64,000 nt of DNA from Vicinamibacterales bacterium (GTDB taxonomy: Bacteria; Acidobacteriota; Vicinamibacteria; Vicinamibacterales; JAMQPK01): assembly GCA_963790545.1 (NCBI GenBank), contig CAWBPA010000024.1, positions 94,014 through 158,013 of the forward strand, read 5' to 3'. How positions within the stretch are numbered: the first letter of the stretch is position 1; every line of letters starts with the position of its first letter. The translations under genes were made by a program, and so were the position numbers. The notes under the pieces are model-generated. The model was not told the DNA's origin and searched no databases. It worked only from the letters and a program-made list of their open reading frames with translations. This document shows positions 9,235 to 20,864 of this stretch, one piece after another.

Positions 9235-10386
9235 ATGCATCGTGACGGGCGATATCTGTTCACGTCCGAGTCGGTCACCGAAGGTCATCCCGACAAAATC
9301 GCCGACCAGATTTCAGACGGCATTCTTGATGCGATCCTCGCGCAGGATCCCATGAGCCGAGTTGCCTGTGAGACGCTGGTCACGACGGGGATTGCCATTG
9401 TCGCCGGTGAAATCACCACCAAGGCGTCAATCGATTACCAGAAGATCGTCCGCAACACCATCAAGGATGTCGGCTACACCGACGCCAAGTTCGGATTCGA
9501 CTACGAAACCTGCGCCGTCCTCTCCTCGATCCACGAGCAGTCGGGCGACATTGCGATGGGCGTGGACACCGGGGGCGCGGGGGACCAGGGGTTGATGTTC
9601 GGCTTCGCGTGCACCGAGACGGAAGAGCTGATGCCGCTGCCCATCATGCTGGCGCACAAGCTCTGCAAAGGGCTGTCCTGCGCTCGTCGCGATGGTGTCA
9701 TGGACTACCTGCGACCCGACGGCAAGTCGCAGGTGACGATCGAGTATGAAGGCAGCAAGCCCGTCCGCGTCGATGCCGTCGTCGTCTCGAGTCAGCATAG
9801 CGCCGAAGTCACCAACGACCAGCTGCGCAAGGACGTCATCGAGAAGATCGTCAAGCCTGTCGTGCCTGCCGAGATGATGGACAAGGAAACCAAGATCTAC
9901 GTCAATCCGACCGGACGGTTCGTCGTGGGCGGCCCCCATGGAGACGCGGGCGTGACCGGACGCAAGATCATTGTCGACACATACGGCGGGGCGGCCCCGC
10001 ACGGCGGCGGCGCGTTCTCGGGCAAGGATCCCACGAAAGTGGACCGGTCGGCCTGCTACATGGGCCGTTACATTGCCAAGAACTGCGTGGCCGCTGGTTT
10101 TGCCGATCGCATCCTCGTACAGCTGGCGTATGCCATCGGCGTCGCGGATCCCGTGTCCGTGATGGTCAATACCTTTGGCACGGGCCGCATTCCCGACGAG
10201 AAAATCACTGAGCTCGTGCGCGCGCAGTTCAAGCTCACCCCGCGCGGCATCATGGAGGAGCTCGAGTTGCGTCGGCCCATCTACCGCAAGACAGCAGCCT
10301 TCGGGCACTTCGGTCGGACGGAACCTGAATTCGCGTGGGAGCGGACCGATCGGGTCAACGCGCTCCGCGCGGGTGCTGGTCTCTAA
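9235..10386 (+). CDS. metK: S-adenosylmethionine synthetase
   Basis: [33 protein letters not shown] and other MetK signatures; AGGAG 9 nt upstream of the ATG at 9235. Confidence 0.92.
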   Translation: MHRDGRYLFTSESVTEGHPDKIADQISDGILDAILAQDPMSRVACETLVTTGIAIVAGEITTKASIDYQKIVRNTIKDVGYTDAKFGFDYETCAVLSSIHEQSGDIAMGVDTGGAGDQGLMFGFACTETEELMPLPIMLAHKLCKGLSCARRDGVMDYLRPDGKSQVTIEYEGSKPVRVDAVVVSSQHSAEVTNDQLRKDVIEKIVKPVVPAEMMDKETKIYVNPTGRFVVGGPHGDAGVTGRKIIVDTYGGAAPHGGGAFSGKDPTKVDRSACYMGRYIAKNCVAAGFADRILVQLAYAIGVADPVSVMVNTFGTGRIPDEKITELVRAQFKLTPRGIMEELELRRPIYRKTAAFGHFGRTEPEFAWERTDRVNALRAGAGL

Positions 10387-10404
10387 GCACGGTCATTCGC
10401 TCTC

Positions 10405-10432
10405 CGAAGGCGGGTCGCTGGACCCGCCTTCC
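10405..10432 (+). terminator. rho-independent-type hairpin after metK
   Basis: gaaggcgggtc gctg gacccgccttc followed by a ctatctg T-containing tail. Confidence 0.6.
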
Positions 10433-10504
10433 TATCTGGCTCTCATCCTATAGACTAAAAGGTCTGCGCTACGCTGGCGCGAGACGCGCTACGATGGCGA
10501 GGGC

Positions 10505-12220
10505 ATGAACCCGCTTTCTTTGTCGCGGCCACCCAGCCGTAAACGGAAAGCGTTGCTGACGGCGGCGGTCATGCTCGCGGTCGCCGGCAGTCTCGTCGTC
10601 TTCTCGCTTCCACCCCAGCGTCTCGATCTCACGACACGACCCGGCGTCGGGTCGACTACTGTCGCCGGCGTCTTCCATGTCCACACATCACGATCGGACG
10701 GCACTGGAACGCCTGAGGAGATTGCTGCGGCGGCCGCTCGTTCCGGGTTGCAGTTTGTGATCTTCACGGACCATGGAGACGGCACGCGCGCGCCCGATCC
10801 ACCGCAGTATCGCCATGGCGTACTTAGCGTCGACGCGGTCGAGATCAGCACCACCAACGGACACTATGTTGCACTGGGGATGCCCGTTGCACCGTACCCG
10901 CTCGGCGGCGAGGCACGCGACGTGGTCGAGGATGTCGAACGACTTGGTGGATTCGGAATCGTGGCCCATCCCGATTCGATGAAGGAGACGTTGCAATGGC
11001 GCGAATGGGCGACGTCGCCTCCCGCGATCGAGTGGCTGAACGCCGACACGGAATGGCGGGATGAAACGTACGCACAGCTTGGCCGTGCGCTGATGACGTA
11101 TCCCATACGGCCCGCCGAATCGCTGGGGTCGCTTCTCGATCGACCTGACAGCACGCTGCGGCGCTGGGACGAAATGACGCGTCACCGGAGAGTTGTCGCG
11201 CTACCGGGAAGCGATGCACATGCCCGACTTGGATGGCGGAACGAAGCGGACGACCCTTATAGCAACCGGATCCTGCTTCGGCTTCCGTCGTACAAAAACA
11301 TGTTCTCGACGTTCTCGATGCGTGTCGAGTTGGATCGTCCTCTTGCCGAAAATCCGGTCGCCGATGCCACCGCGCTCATCGACGCCCTGCGAGGTGGCCG
11401 TGTGTACTCGGTTGTGGATAGCTTTGCCGGACCCGCGCAGTTCGATTTTCTCGTCCGCAGTGGCAACGCGCAAGCTCGACAGGGAGAGTTCCTCCAGCCC
11501 GATGATGGGCTTGTCGTCGAAGTGCAGGCGAATGGTCCGCCTGAATCCACAATCGTGCTGCTCCGTGACGGTCGGCAGATTGCCGAAGCGCCAGGACCAG
11601 GATTACGGCATGAGTTGCCGGGATCGCAGGCCGTACTGCGTGCTGAGGTGCGGCTGGCCGGACGACAAACGCCCTGGCTGTTGAGTAATCCGGTTTACGT
11701 CGCGCAGCAGACGGCACCGGTCGATCCACTGCCGCCGCCGGTTACGGCGACCAGAAAGCTCGATGAGCCGGATGCGGAGCGTCGCTGGCACATCGAACAA
11801 TTGTCGGGCGCGAACGGGGTGTTGGAACGCTCGGGCAGTGGTCCCACCACGTTCCGCTATAGCCTCGCTCCAGATACTCGCAGCCAGTCGGTCGCCCTGG
11901 TGATGCCGGAGGGCGCCACCTTGTGGGAGTACGATCGCGTGTCATTTCGGGCGAGCGCGACCATGCCGATGCGGCTGTCAGTGCAGCTTCGACAGCCCGG
12001 CGGTCAGGACGGTCAACGGTGGCGTCGCTCCGTGTACCTCGACACTGTGGCTCGCAACGTCACCGTTCATTTCTCGGACCTCCGCCCGGCCAGCTCCACG
12101 GGAGGATTGAAACCTGATATGGCGCAAGTGGACGATCTGCTGTTTGTGGTCGACACCGTCAACACGAAACCTGGAACCTCCGGCGCTGTGACCTTCGAGG
12201 CCCTGTCCCTTCAACGCTGA
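10505..12220 (+). CDS. PHP-domain metallophosphoesterase (CehA/McbA-like) with N-terminal signal/anchor and a ~300-aa C-terminal region of unknown function
   Basis: Hydrophobic N-terminus (LLTAAVMLAVAGSLVVF); PHP motifs HVHTSRSDG, FTDHGD, VAHPD. Confidence 0.65.
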   Translation: MNPLSLSRPPSRKRKALLTAAVMLAVAGSLVVFSLPPQRLDLTTRPGVGSTTVAGVFHVHTSRSDGTGTPEEIAAAAARSGLQFVIFTDHGDGTRAPDPPQYRHGVLSVDAVEISTTNGHYVALGMPVAPYPLGGEARDVVEDVERLGGFGIVAHPDSMKETLQWREWATSPPAIEWLNADTEWRDETYAQLGRALMTYPIRPAESLGSLLDRPDSTLRRWDEMTRHRRVVALPGSDAHARLGWRNEADDPYSNRILLRLPSYKNMFSTFSMRVELDRPLAENPVADATALIDALRGGRVYSVVDSFAGPAQFDFLVRSGNAQARQGEFLQPDDGLVVEVQANGPPESTIVLLRDGRQIAEAPGPGLRHELPGSQAVLRAEVRLAGRQTPWLLSNPVYVAQQTAPVDPLPPPVTATRKLDEPDAERRWHIEQLSGANGVLERSGSGPTTFRYSLAPDTRSQSVALVMPEGATLWEYDRVSFRASATMPMRLSVQLRQPGGQDGQRWRRSVYLDTVARNVTVHFSDLRPASSTGGLKPDMAQVDDLLFVVDTVNTKPGTSGAVTFEALSLQR

Positions 12221-12282
12221 CCGCTCCTATACAGTTTGGCAGGCGCACTACCATTCGGGCCGAATTGCTGGTAAAATCTCGG

Positions 12283-12352
12283 ACGCTGAGGAGCGTTGCA
12301 CTCCCCGACAGGGGGACCAGGCTCAGTGTAATAAACGGCGCTCGCACAGTTA
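12283..12352 (+). ncRNA. putative SAH (S-adenosylhomocysteine) riboswitch in the ahcY leader
   Basis: CGCUGAGGAGCGUUGCAC..CCCCGACAGGGG..CAGGCUCAGUG..AAACGGCGCUCGC matches the remembered SAH-riboswitch core (GAGGAGCGYUGC ... AGGCUCRG ... AACGGCGCUC). The P1 pairing CUGAG/CUCAG shows a compensatory change relative to the usual CCGAG/CUCGG. Located ~140 nt upstream of the ahcY start. Confidence 0.7.
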
Positions 12353-12494
12353 ATTCGTGCGGGCGCTTTTGTGTTTTCAGCCACACAAGCGAGCCGCCTC
12401 GTGGGTCAACCGCCTGCGTGAGCTTCGGCAAGCCTCGCCGCAGCATCAAGAGCGGAGGCTGGCAATCCCCACGAATCAAGAGAGGAGTCCAATC

Positions 12495-13892
12495 GTGTCC
12501 ACTGCCACCACGTCCGCAGACTACAAGGTCGCCGATTTGGCCCTGGCCGACTGGGGTCGCAAAGAAATCCGCATTGCCGAAGGTGAAATGCCCGCGCTGA
12601 TGGCCATCCGTCAGGAGTACGCCGCTAACCAGCCGCTCAAGGGTGCCCGGGTGGCCGGCTCGCTGCACATGACCATTCAGACGGCGGTCCTCATCGAGAC
12701 GCTGAAGGCGCTCGGTGCCGACGTGCGCTGGGCTTCCTGCAACATCTTTTCGACGCAGGATCACGCGGCCGCAGCCATTGCCGCCGCCGGCATCCCGGTC
12801 TTCGCCTACAAGGGCGAATCGCTCGACGAGTACTGGGAGTTCACACATCGCATTCTCGAGTTCGGCACTCAGGGTCCCAACATGATCCTGGACGATGGCG
12901 GCGACGCGACGTTGCTCGTCCACCTGGGTATCAAGGCCGAGAAGGATCCCTCGGTGCTCGATCACCCCAAGAGCGACGAGGAACGATCGTTGTTTGCTTC
13001 CATCAAGAAGCGTCCCAGTGGTTGGTATTCGAGAATTGCGCGAGAGATCAGGGGCGTCTCCGAGGAGACCACCACGGGCGTCCATCGCCTGTACCAGATG
13101 CACAACGAAGGACGACTGCTGTTCCCCGCCATCAACGTCAACGATTCGGTGACCAAGTCGAAGTTCGACAACATCTACGGTTGCCGCGAGTCGCTGGTCG
13201 ATGGGATCAAGCGAGCGACCGACGTGATGGTTGCCGGGAAGGTCGCCGTGGTGTGCGGGTACGGAGAAGTGGGGAAGGGGTCAGCACAGGCACTGCGCGG
13301 CCTTCAGGCCCAGGTCTGGGTGACGGAGATCGATCCGATCTGCGCGCTCCAGGCCGCCATGGAAGGGTTCCGCGTGGTGACGATGGAGTACGCGGCCGAC
13401 AAGGCTGACATTTTCGTCACCGCCACCGGCAACCTCCACGTGATTACGCACGCACACATGAGGGCGATGAAGAACAACGCCATCGTGTGCAACATCGGCC
13501 ATTTCGACAACGAAATCGACATTGCGAGCCTCTCGAAGTACAAGTGGGAGGAGATCAAGCCACAGGTCGATCACATCATCTTCCCCGACGGCAAGCGGAT
13601 CATCATGCTGGCACAGGGACGACTCGTGAACCTTGGTTGTGCCACAGGCCATCCGTCGTACGTCATGAGCTCGTCATTCGCCAACCAGGTGCTGGCACAG
13701 ATCGAGCTCTTCACGAAAACCTCGCAGTACCCCGTAGGCGTTTACATCCTGCCGAAGGCACTTGACGAGAAGGTCGCCCGGCTGCAGCTGAAGAATCTCA
13801 ACGTGATGATGACCGAGCTGACCGACGAGCAGGCCAAATACCTCGGCCTGCCGAAGAGCGGACCGTATAAGTCGGAGCACTACCGGTACTGA
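12495..13892 (+). CDS. ahcY: adenosylhomocysteinase
   Basis: [20 protein letters not shown]-binding GYGEVGKG and full-length AhcY similarity; GTG start at 12495 with AGAGGAG 8 nt upstream. The called ORF from 12357 is probably leader sequence. Confidence 0.9.
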   Translation: MSTATTSADYKVADLALADWGRKEIRIAEGEMPALMAIRQEYAANQPLKGARVAGSLHMTIQTAVLIETLKALGADVRWASCNIFSTQDHAAAAIAAAGIPVFAYKGESLDEYWEFTHRILEFGTQGPNMILDDGGDATLLVHLGIKAEKDPSVLDHPKSDEERSLFASIKKRPSGWYSRIAREIRGVSEETTTGVHRLYQMHNEGRLLFPAINVNDSVTKSKFDNIYGCRESLVDGIKRATDVMVAGKVAVVCGYGEVGKGSAQALRGLQAQVWVTEIDPICALQAAMEGFRVVTMEYAADKADIFVTATGNLHVITHAHMRAMKNNAIVCNIGHFDNEIDIASLSKYKWEEIKPQVDHIIFPDGKRIIMLAQGRLVNLGCATGHPSYVMSSSFANQVLAQIELFTKTSQYPVGVYILPKALDEKVARLQLKNLNVMMTELTDEQAKYLGLPKSGPYKSEHYRY

Positions 13893-14053
13893 CGACATTT
13901 GCGATCGAGCGAATAGTGAATCGATGGTGATTGGCGATGAGCGACTGGTGATTTATTGGAGATTCACGGTGAACGTCAATAAATCGCCAATCACCATTCA
14001 GAATTCGGAAACGATTCGCAAATCGCGATTCGCGAAATCTTGCTGCAATTTCC

Positions 14054-16450
14054 TCACGTCCTTACCGTCAGAACCAGATACATCGCAGCACTCGCAAACA
14101 GGATGTTGGGGGCCCAGGCTGCCAGCAGCGGCGTAATCAGCCCGGCGCTGCCAATGGCGCCAAACACGCTAATCAGAATCCAGTAGAGAATTGCCAGGAC
14201 AATTCCTGCGCCAATCCCATACAACGCTCCACTCCTGCCCATCGTCACGGCGAACGGCACCGCGATCAGCGTCATGACCAGCGTGACGAACGGGAACGCC
14301 AGCTTCCGGTGAAGTGAGACCACGTACGGCACGACGTTGAACCCGCCAGCCTGGAGCGCCGAGACATAGTCCCGCAGCTCCGAATAGCTCATCAGCTCGG
14401 CATCGGGCTCCTCGCTCGCGAAGTACCGCGACGATTCGAGTCTGAGACCGCGTGTGTCGAATTTCTCGAATCGCGCTTGCGGAAGGACCCGGCGGACCCA
14501 GCCGTTCCGGCCTTCCCACGGCACGCTATCGCCCTCGTGACGGACCATCTGTGTCGCCTGTGCGGCAAAGGTCACGCCCGCGATGGTCCGCTGTTGACGA
14601 TCCAGGTCGTACACCGACAGGCTGTGGAGCGCACGGACGTCGCGATCGAAGTACACGTAGTGGTAAATGCGGCTATCACGTCCGACGAGCCATCGACGGT
14701 TGAGAGAATCGGATGATCGAGGACCCCGGCCGCGCACCACGTTGTTCAGCGTGTCCGCACGGCGATTTGCGAGCGCCAGGACGCGCTCCTCGAGCAGGAA
14801 GAGGGCGCCGCTCCCCACCACAGCCAGCACGAGCAGGGGGGCCGCAACGCGGTAGAGACTGATTCCGCACGCCTTCATGACCACGAGCTCGCTGTTCTTC
14901 GTAATCGTTCCAATGGTCACGAGCGTGCCGATGAGGACGGCCAGAGGAATGACGTAGTACAGGTACTGTGGAGTGCTGAACCACAAAAGGGTCAGAATCA
15001 TCCAACCTGTCGTCTGGCCCTTGAACAGCTTGTCGGACAAGTCCAGGAACGTGGCGATGTAGAACAGCCCGAGGAAGATTCCGCCCGCAACGAGAATCGA
15101 GCGAGAGGACGCCTGCACGACGTACCGATCCAGAATCGAGGGACCAGGCAGCGAAAAGTCCGGGACGCGGATCACGAGGATGGTCTTTCCGTTGCCGTTA
15201 GCCGCAGCCGCCGGTTTCGGAACGCTGACCTCAGACTCGACGGACGAGGGTGAGGATCGCCGGCGCCAGAAGGGAAGTGCGATACGAATTTGACGGTCGG
15301 CCGTCCCCATCCGACGCAGAAACAGCGCGGCCCCAATCACTCCCAGGATGATATTCGGCAGCCACGCCGCCAGGGTCGCCGGCACCTGGTGTCCCTTCGC
15401 CAGCGATCCGCTGATGGACATCACGAAGTAGTACAGGCAGATGACGGCACCGCCCAGCACGAAGCTGCCAAGCTTGCCTTCTTTGCGCGTAGATACCCCA
15501 AGGGGCAACGCAATGAGCGCAAACACCAGACATGCCACCGGAAGTGAGAATTTCTGGTGGATAAAAATCTGCTGATTGTGCGTCGAGAACATCGTCGCGC
15601 AACGCTCGGGCGTCTGCTGCTTGGCCGCGATACAGGCTTGCTCGTCGCGACCCATGTTCTTCATGTCCTGCCGCAGCTCCGCAATGGTCTTCTCGGGTTC
15701 CCCCTTGAGTACCGCCTGGTTTTTGAAGATGACGGCCGGGTCGAGCGTGAGCACGACGCGATCGAACTGCGTCGCCTCGTATCGTTCCGGCGTGCGACGA
15801 TCGATAAAGTGCGTCTGACCGCGCGCGAGCACCATTTGCACCGTGCGCTTCATGCCGTCCACGCGAATTTCCCCGTGCTCGGCCGTGTAGATTCTGGGAG
15901 ACTCAGGCTGGCCGGTATCGGCTACGAAGACCTCGCCCCAACCGCCCGAGGATGAGGCGTCGCCGACGTACACGACCATGCCGGGAAAATCCTGGAAGAA
16001 GATGTGCGGACGAATTTCTCCTTGTGTCCACGAGCTCACGACCCGATACGTCAGTTCACGGAACGCTTGATTTGCATCCGGCACCGCAACGATCATGACG
16101 TACATCGTCGCGGCCCACGCGGCAACCGCGAAGGCGCCAATCGGTCGAAGCAACCGCAAGAGGCTCACGCCGCAGGCCTGGAGGGCCACCACCTCACGAT
16201 CGGCAGACAAGCGCCCGAGCGCCATCAGCAACGCGATGAGAAGGCTCATGGGAATCGTGATGCCGAGCGCTTGAGGCACCAGGAGCAGCAGCACCTGGGA
16301 AATGACGCTGAACGACGCGCCTTTGGCGATGAGCTTTTCGCCCTGGTCGATAATGACGGGAATTTCGAGCACGAACGTGAGCACGAGCAGCACCAGGAAG
16401 AATGGCACCAGGATCTCGCGGATCACGTAGCGGTCGAGGGTGGATCTCAT
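14054..16450 (-). CDS. lptFG: LPS export permease, LptF and LptG fused in one ORF (YjgP/YjgQ family x2)
   Basis: Two consecutive permease units, MRSTLDRYVIREILVPFF... and ...ILDRYVVQASSRSILVAGGIFLGLFYIATF..., each with six TM segments and a periplasmic beta-jellyroll region, with no stop codon between them. The 204 codons upstream of Met at 16450 are antisense to the GH57 gene and are rejected. Confidence 0.75.
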   Translation of the reverse strand: MRSTLDRYVIREILVPFFLVLLVLTFVLEIPVIIDQGEKLIAKGASFSVISQVLLLLVPQALGITIPMSLLIALLMALGRLSADREVVALQACGVSLLRLLRPIGAFAVAAWAATMYVMIVAVPDANQAFRELTYRVVSSWTQGEIRPHIFFQDFPGMVVYVGDASSSGGWGEVFVADTGQPESPRIYTAEHGEIRVDGMKRTVQMVLARGQTHFIDRRTPERYEATQFDRVVLTLDPAVIFKNQAVLKGEPEKTIAELRQDMKNMGRDEQACIAAKQQTPERCATMFSTHNQQIFIHQKFSLPVACLVFALIALPLGVSTRKEGKLGSFVLGGAVICLYYFVMSISGSLAKGHQVPATLAAWLPNIILGVIGAALFLRRMGTADRQIRIALPFWRRRSSPSSVESEVSVPKPAAAANGNGKTILVIRVPDFSLPGPSILDRYVVQASSRSILVAGGIFLGLFYIATFLDLSDKLFKGQTTGWMILTLLWFSTPQYLYYVIPLAVLIGTLVTIGTITKNSELVVMKACGISLYRVAAPLLVLAVVGSGALFLLEERVLALANRRADTLNNVVRGRGPRSSDSLNRRWLVGRDSRIYHYVYFDRDVRALHSLSVYDLDRQQRTIAGVTFAAQATQMVRHEGDSVPWEGRNGWVRRVLPQARFEKFDTRGLRLESSRYFASEEPDAELMSYSELRDYVSALQAGGFNVVPYVVSLHRKLAFPFVTLVMTLIAVPFAVTMGRSGALYGIGAGIVLAILYWILISVFGAIGSAGLITPLLAAWAPNILFASAAMYLVLTVRT

Positions 16451-16510
16451 CTTTGGGGGGTTGGGGTCGGGGATTGCCCCTTGCCCCAAACCCCAGTCCG
16501 AAGATAACAC

Positions 16511-18747
16511 ATGACTAAGGTCGCCATTCTCTGGCACATGCACCAGCCGTACTACGAGGACCTGGCCACGGGCGAGCACATCATGCCCTGGGTGAGGCTG
16601 CACGCACTCAAGGACTATTTCGGCATGGTCGCGCTTCTGCGGGAGTTTCCAAAGGTTCGAATGACCTTCAACCTGGTGCCCTCGCTGCTCGTTCAGATTC
16701 AGGCCTTTGCCGACGCCAACGCCCGGGATCGGTTCCTGGAACTCGGGCTCAAGCCCGCCGCGCAGTTGAGTGACGACGACCGAACGTTCGTCGTGGCGAA
16801 CTTCTTCCACGCGCAACGTGCCCGCATGATTGAGGCTTACCCCCGGTACGCCGAGCTTTTCGACCAGCGCGAGCGCGCCCGACGCATGAACCTGACCGGC
16901 GACTCCGGCCCCCGGGAACAGGCGCGCGTCTTCGACGAGTCCGATCTGCGAGACCTGCAGGTATGGCAGAAGCTCGCGTGGATCGACCCGATGTACCGCG
17001 CCGAATGATCCCCGTGTACGAGCCTTGGTCAAGCAGGACCGGGGGTTCAGCGAGGACGACAAGTTGACGTTGCGGGCCGTCGAGCTCGAGCTGCTGCAGC
17101 GCGTGATTCCGGAATATCGAGCGGCCGCCGAAAGGGGACAGGTCGAGCTCTCGGTATCGCCGTTCTACCACCCAATCTTGCCGCTCCTGTGCGATACGGA
17201 CGTCTACCTGCGAAACGACCCGCAGGCCAAGCTCCCTCGCCAGCGATTCCATCATCCGGAGGACGCGCAAGAGCAGTTGAATCGTGCGGTGACGTACTAC
17301 GAAGAGCTGTTCGGGCGACGGCCACGAGGACTCTGGCCCTCGGAGGGGTCGGTCTCGGACGAGATGGTTCCGCTCGCGGCGGAGGCCGGCATTCAGTGGC
17401 TGGCCACCGACGAAATCATCCTTGCCCGTTCGCTCGGTCGTCCGATGCCACGAAGCGGCCACGACCGTTTGGAGCATCCGGAACTGCTGTACCGCCCGTA
17501 TCGAGTGTCAACCCCGCAGGGCGATGTGACATGCCTCTTCCGCGATCATGCGCTGTCCGATCTCATCGGGTTCAGCTATTCCAATTGGTCTCCTCACGAC
17601 GCCGCGCGCGATCTGATCGAGCGACTGGTCGACGCGGGCCGCCGGTATTCGGAGCGAACCGGCGGGGAAGAGGCGACCATTTCAATCATCCTGGATGGGG
17701 AAAACGCCTGGGAGCATTACGAGGGCGGAGGACGCCCATTCCTGCGGGCTCTATACCAGGGGCTTTCGGAGCATGTCGACCTGAAAACCGTGACCATGGC
17801 CGAGGCGGCCACCGGACCGGCAGAGCGTCTTCGATCGCTCTACCCGGGTTCCTGGGTCAATGGGGACTTCTACATCTGGATTGGCCATGCCGACGATCGG
17901 AAAGCCTGGGGTCAGCTTGCCGAAGCGCGTGACACCTATACCCAGGCAGCCGAGTCACCGACGGTCGATCCGCAATCCAAAGCGCGGGCCTTCGAAGAGA
18001 TTCTCATTGCGGAAGGCAGCGACTGGTGCTGGTGGTACGGCGACGATCACTCGTCCAGCCACGACCTGGAATTCGACGACCTGTTTCGCCGACATCTTCG
18101 GAACGTGTATCGACTCCTCCGGAAACCCGTCCCCGAGGAGCTGTACGTCAGCAACATCACGTCCCCGCCGACTCAGGGGACCGTCATCCAGCCCGCCGGC
18201 TTTGTGCGCCCGGTCATCGACGGGGAGGTCTCGAACTACTTCGAGTGGCTTGGCGCAGGCCTCGTGGACGGCCACGATCTGGCGGGAACGATGCACCAGG
18301 CCGACGCGGCGACGACCCACCTGGTCAACGCCCTGCACTTCGGGTTCGACTTGACGCGACTCTTTATCCGAGTGGACCTGGTTCGGCGGGCGGCCGATGT
18401 CCTGGGCTCTGGCCGGTTCGTGTTCCGGGTCATCTTTCTCGTGCCCACAACACTTGAGGGTGGACCTGACCCGCCACGGCTCCGCCTGGCACCGGTGGTG
18501 GCTCCGGCCGAACCCGACCAACGGGAAACTCTCCCTCCCAGCCTCGCTCGACGCCCAAGCCTCCGTGGGTGACATCGTCGAGCTTGCCATCTCTCTTGAA
18601 GCGCTTGGCGTCAAGCCGGGCGACCCTCTCGCGTTCTCAATCTCGGTCCTGGACGACGGGATCGAGGTGCAGCGGTATCCAGGCTTCAGCGCCATCGAAA
18701 CCCACGTGCCAACGTCCCAGTTGGAAGACCTGAACTGGCGAGCGTAG
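16511..18747 (+). CDS. glycoside hydrolase family 57 (alpha-glucan branching / amylopullulanase-like), broken by two frameshifts (~17006 and ~18460)
   Basis: GH57 N-terminal signature VAILWHMHQPYY. The reading frame changes at ...WIDPMYRAE* and continues as DPRVRALVKQDRGFSEDDK. The C-terminal beta-sandwich part continues in a third frame to 18747. Confidence 0.7.
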
Positions 18748-19055
18748 CCCCAGGAGCGGGACTCGGGATCAGGGCGCTCGGGTCGGAGTCCGCGGCCCAT
18801 CAATCCCCGAATCCCCGCGTTTTCCGGGGCCTCCAACCGTTGGGTCCGATAATAAGTGTTATGTTAACTAACGTGGGGAATGGCCTGAGAGTCGGCTTCA
18901 AAACGACTCTCTTTGCGCGGACGTCCTTCCCGCCCACGGATCGAACACGCGCACGCTGAAGCGTGCGCGCTACACACACGAACCAACCCAGCGTCGCCGT
19001 CATGTAGCGCGCAGGCTTTAGCCTGCGCCGCACCCAAAACCCCGCACTCTCTTTT

Positions 19056-19090
19056 GAGACTTCAGACTTCAGACTTGAGCCTTCAGACTT
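19056..19090. repeat. tandem heptamer repeat (GACTTCA-like x5)
   Basis: gacttca gacttca gacttga gccttca gactt; same heptamer as the palindrome at 49886-49966. Confidence 0.7.
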
Positions 19091-19097
19091 ATATTTG

Positions 19098-19911
<814 letters not shown>

Positions 19912-19919
<8 letters not shown>

Positions 19920-20668
19920 GGTCGATGACCTCCTCACACAAGCTGTAGTATTCGGTCGCGCCCGTCGAATCGGGGGCAAACGTGAAAGATCGATTCCTTG
20001 TAGGCCGGACTTTCCTCGAGGCGGACGCTCTTGGTGATGACCGTCTTGAAAACTTTCCCGCCAAAGACCTTCTGAATCTGACCGCGGATATCGCGGGCCA
20101 GCGCGGTCCGCTTGTCGTGCATCGTGATGAGCACGCCAAGAATCCGCAGATTCGGGTTCGGCCGCGCACGCACCTTTTCAATGGTCTCGAGGAGGTCGTC
20201 GGTGCCTTCAAGGGCGAAGTATGACGACTGGATGGGAATGAGCAGGTGCGTGGACGCGACCAGGGCGTTGACGGTCAGGAGCCCGAGCGTCGGCGGGCAA
20301 TCGATGACGATATGCCGGAAGTGTCCCAGGACCGGCTCGAGACGGTCTTTGAGCCGATAGTGGGAGTCGATCTCCCCCACCAGCTTGGACTCCAGCTTCG
20401 CCAGCGCGATGCGCGCGGGTGCCAGCGAAAGGTTTGTGAGCCCGGTACGCTGAATGACGTCGGTCATCGGCACGGCCTGCTCCGCCAGCGCGTCGTACAC
20501 GCTCCGGCCGATTTGCGTGATGTCCAGAAACGACATCGAGCTGTTGCCCTGGGGATCGAGGTCAATCAGAAGAGTGGGCTTTCCACGCAGTGCGAGTCCC
20601 GCCGCCAGGTTGATGGCGGTTGTGGTCTTCCCTACCCCGCCTTTTTGGTTGGCAATGGCAACAATCAT
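19912..20668 (-). CDS. parA: chromosome partitioning ATPase ParA/Soj, frameshifted near 19985
   Basis: Walker A KGGVGKTT and deviant Walker motifs. The conserved C-terminus (...FTFAPDSTGATEYYSLCEEVIDRA) lies in another frame (ORF 19912-20211). Confidence 0.75.
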
Positions 20669-20864
20669 TCGCCGGCGAGCATGAAACTGACGTTTAACGC
20701 GACTGGCGGATTCATGCTGACTACGCGGTTGCTCATGGATTCGCGTAGATCCGCGTAGATCCGCGTTGGAGAGCCGCGGGTATTCTACGGACGCCGATCG
20801 AGAACTGTCAAGATAAGAATCGCGAGAAATTCGCTATAAGGCGGGCAATCGAGCACCGACTCCC

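Noticed and set aside
9427-10308. 293-aa minus-strand ORF
   Set aside because: Antisense to metK
12357-12494. N-terminal extension of the called ahcY ORF ([15 protein letters not shown]...)
   Set aside because: Overlaps the riboswitch-like leader. AhcY homology and an SD sequence begin at the GTG at 12495
12159-13103. 314-aa minus-strand ORF
   Set aside because: Antisense to ahcY, which has full-length adenosylhomocysteinase similarity on the plus strand
16451-17062. N-terminal 204 codons of the 1002-aa minus-strand ORF
   Set aside because: Antisense to the GH57 gene (ILWHMHQPYY on the plus strand); LptF homology begins only at Met 16450
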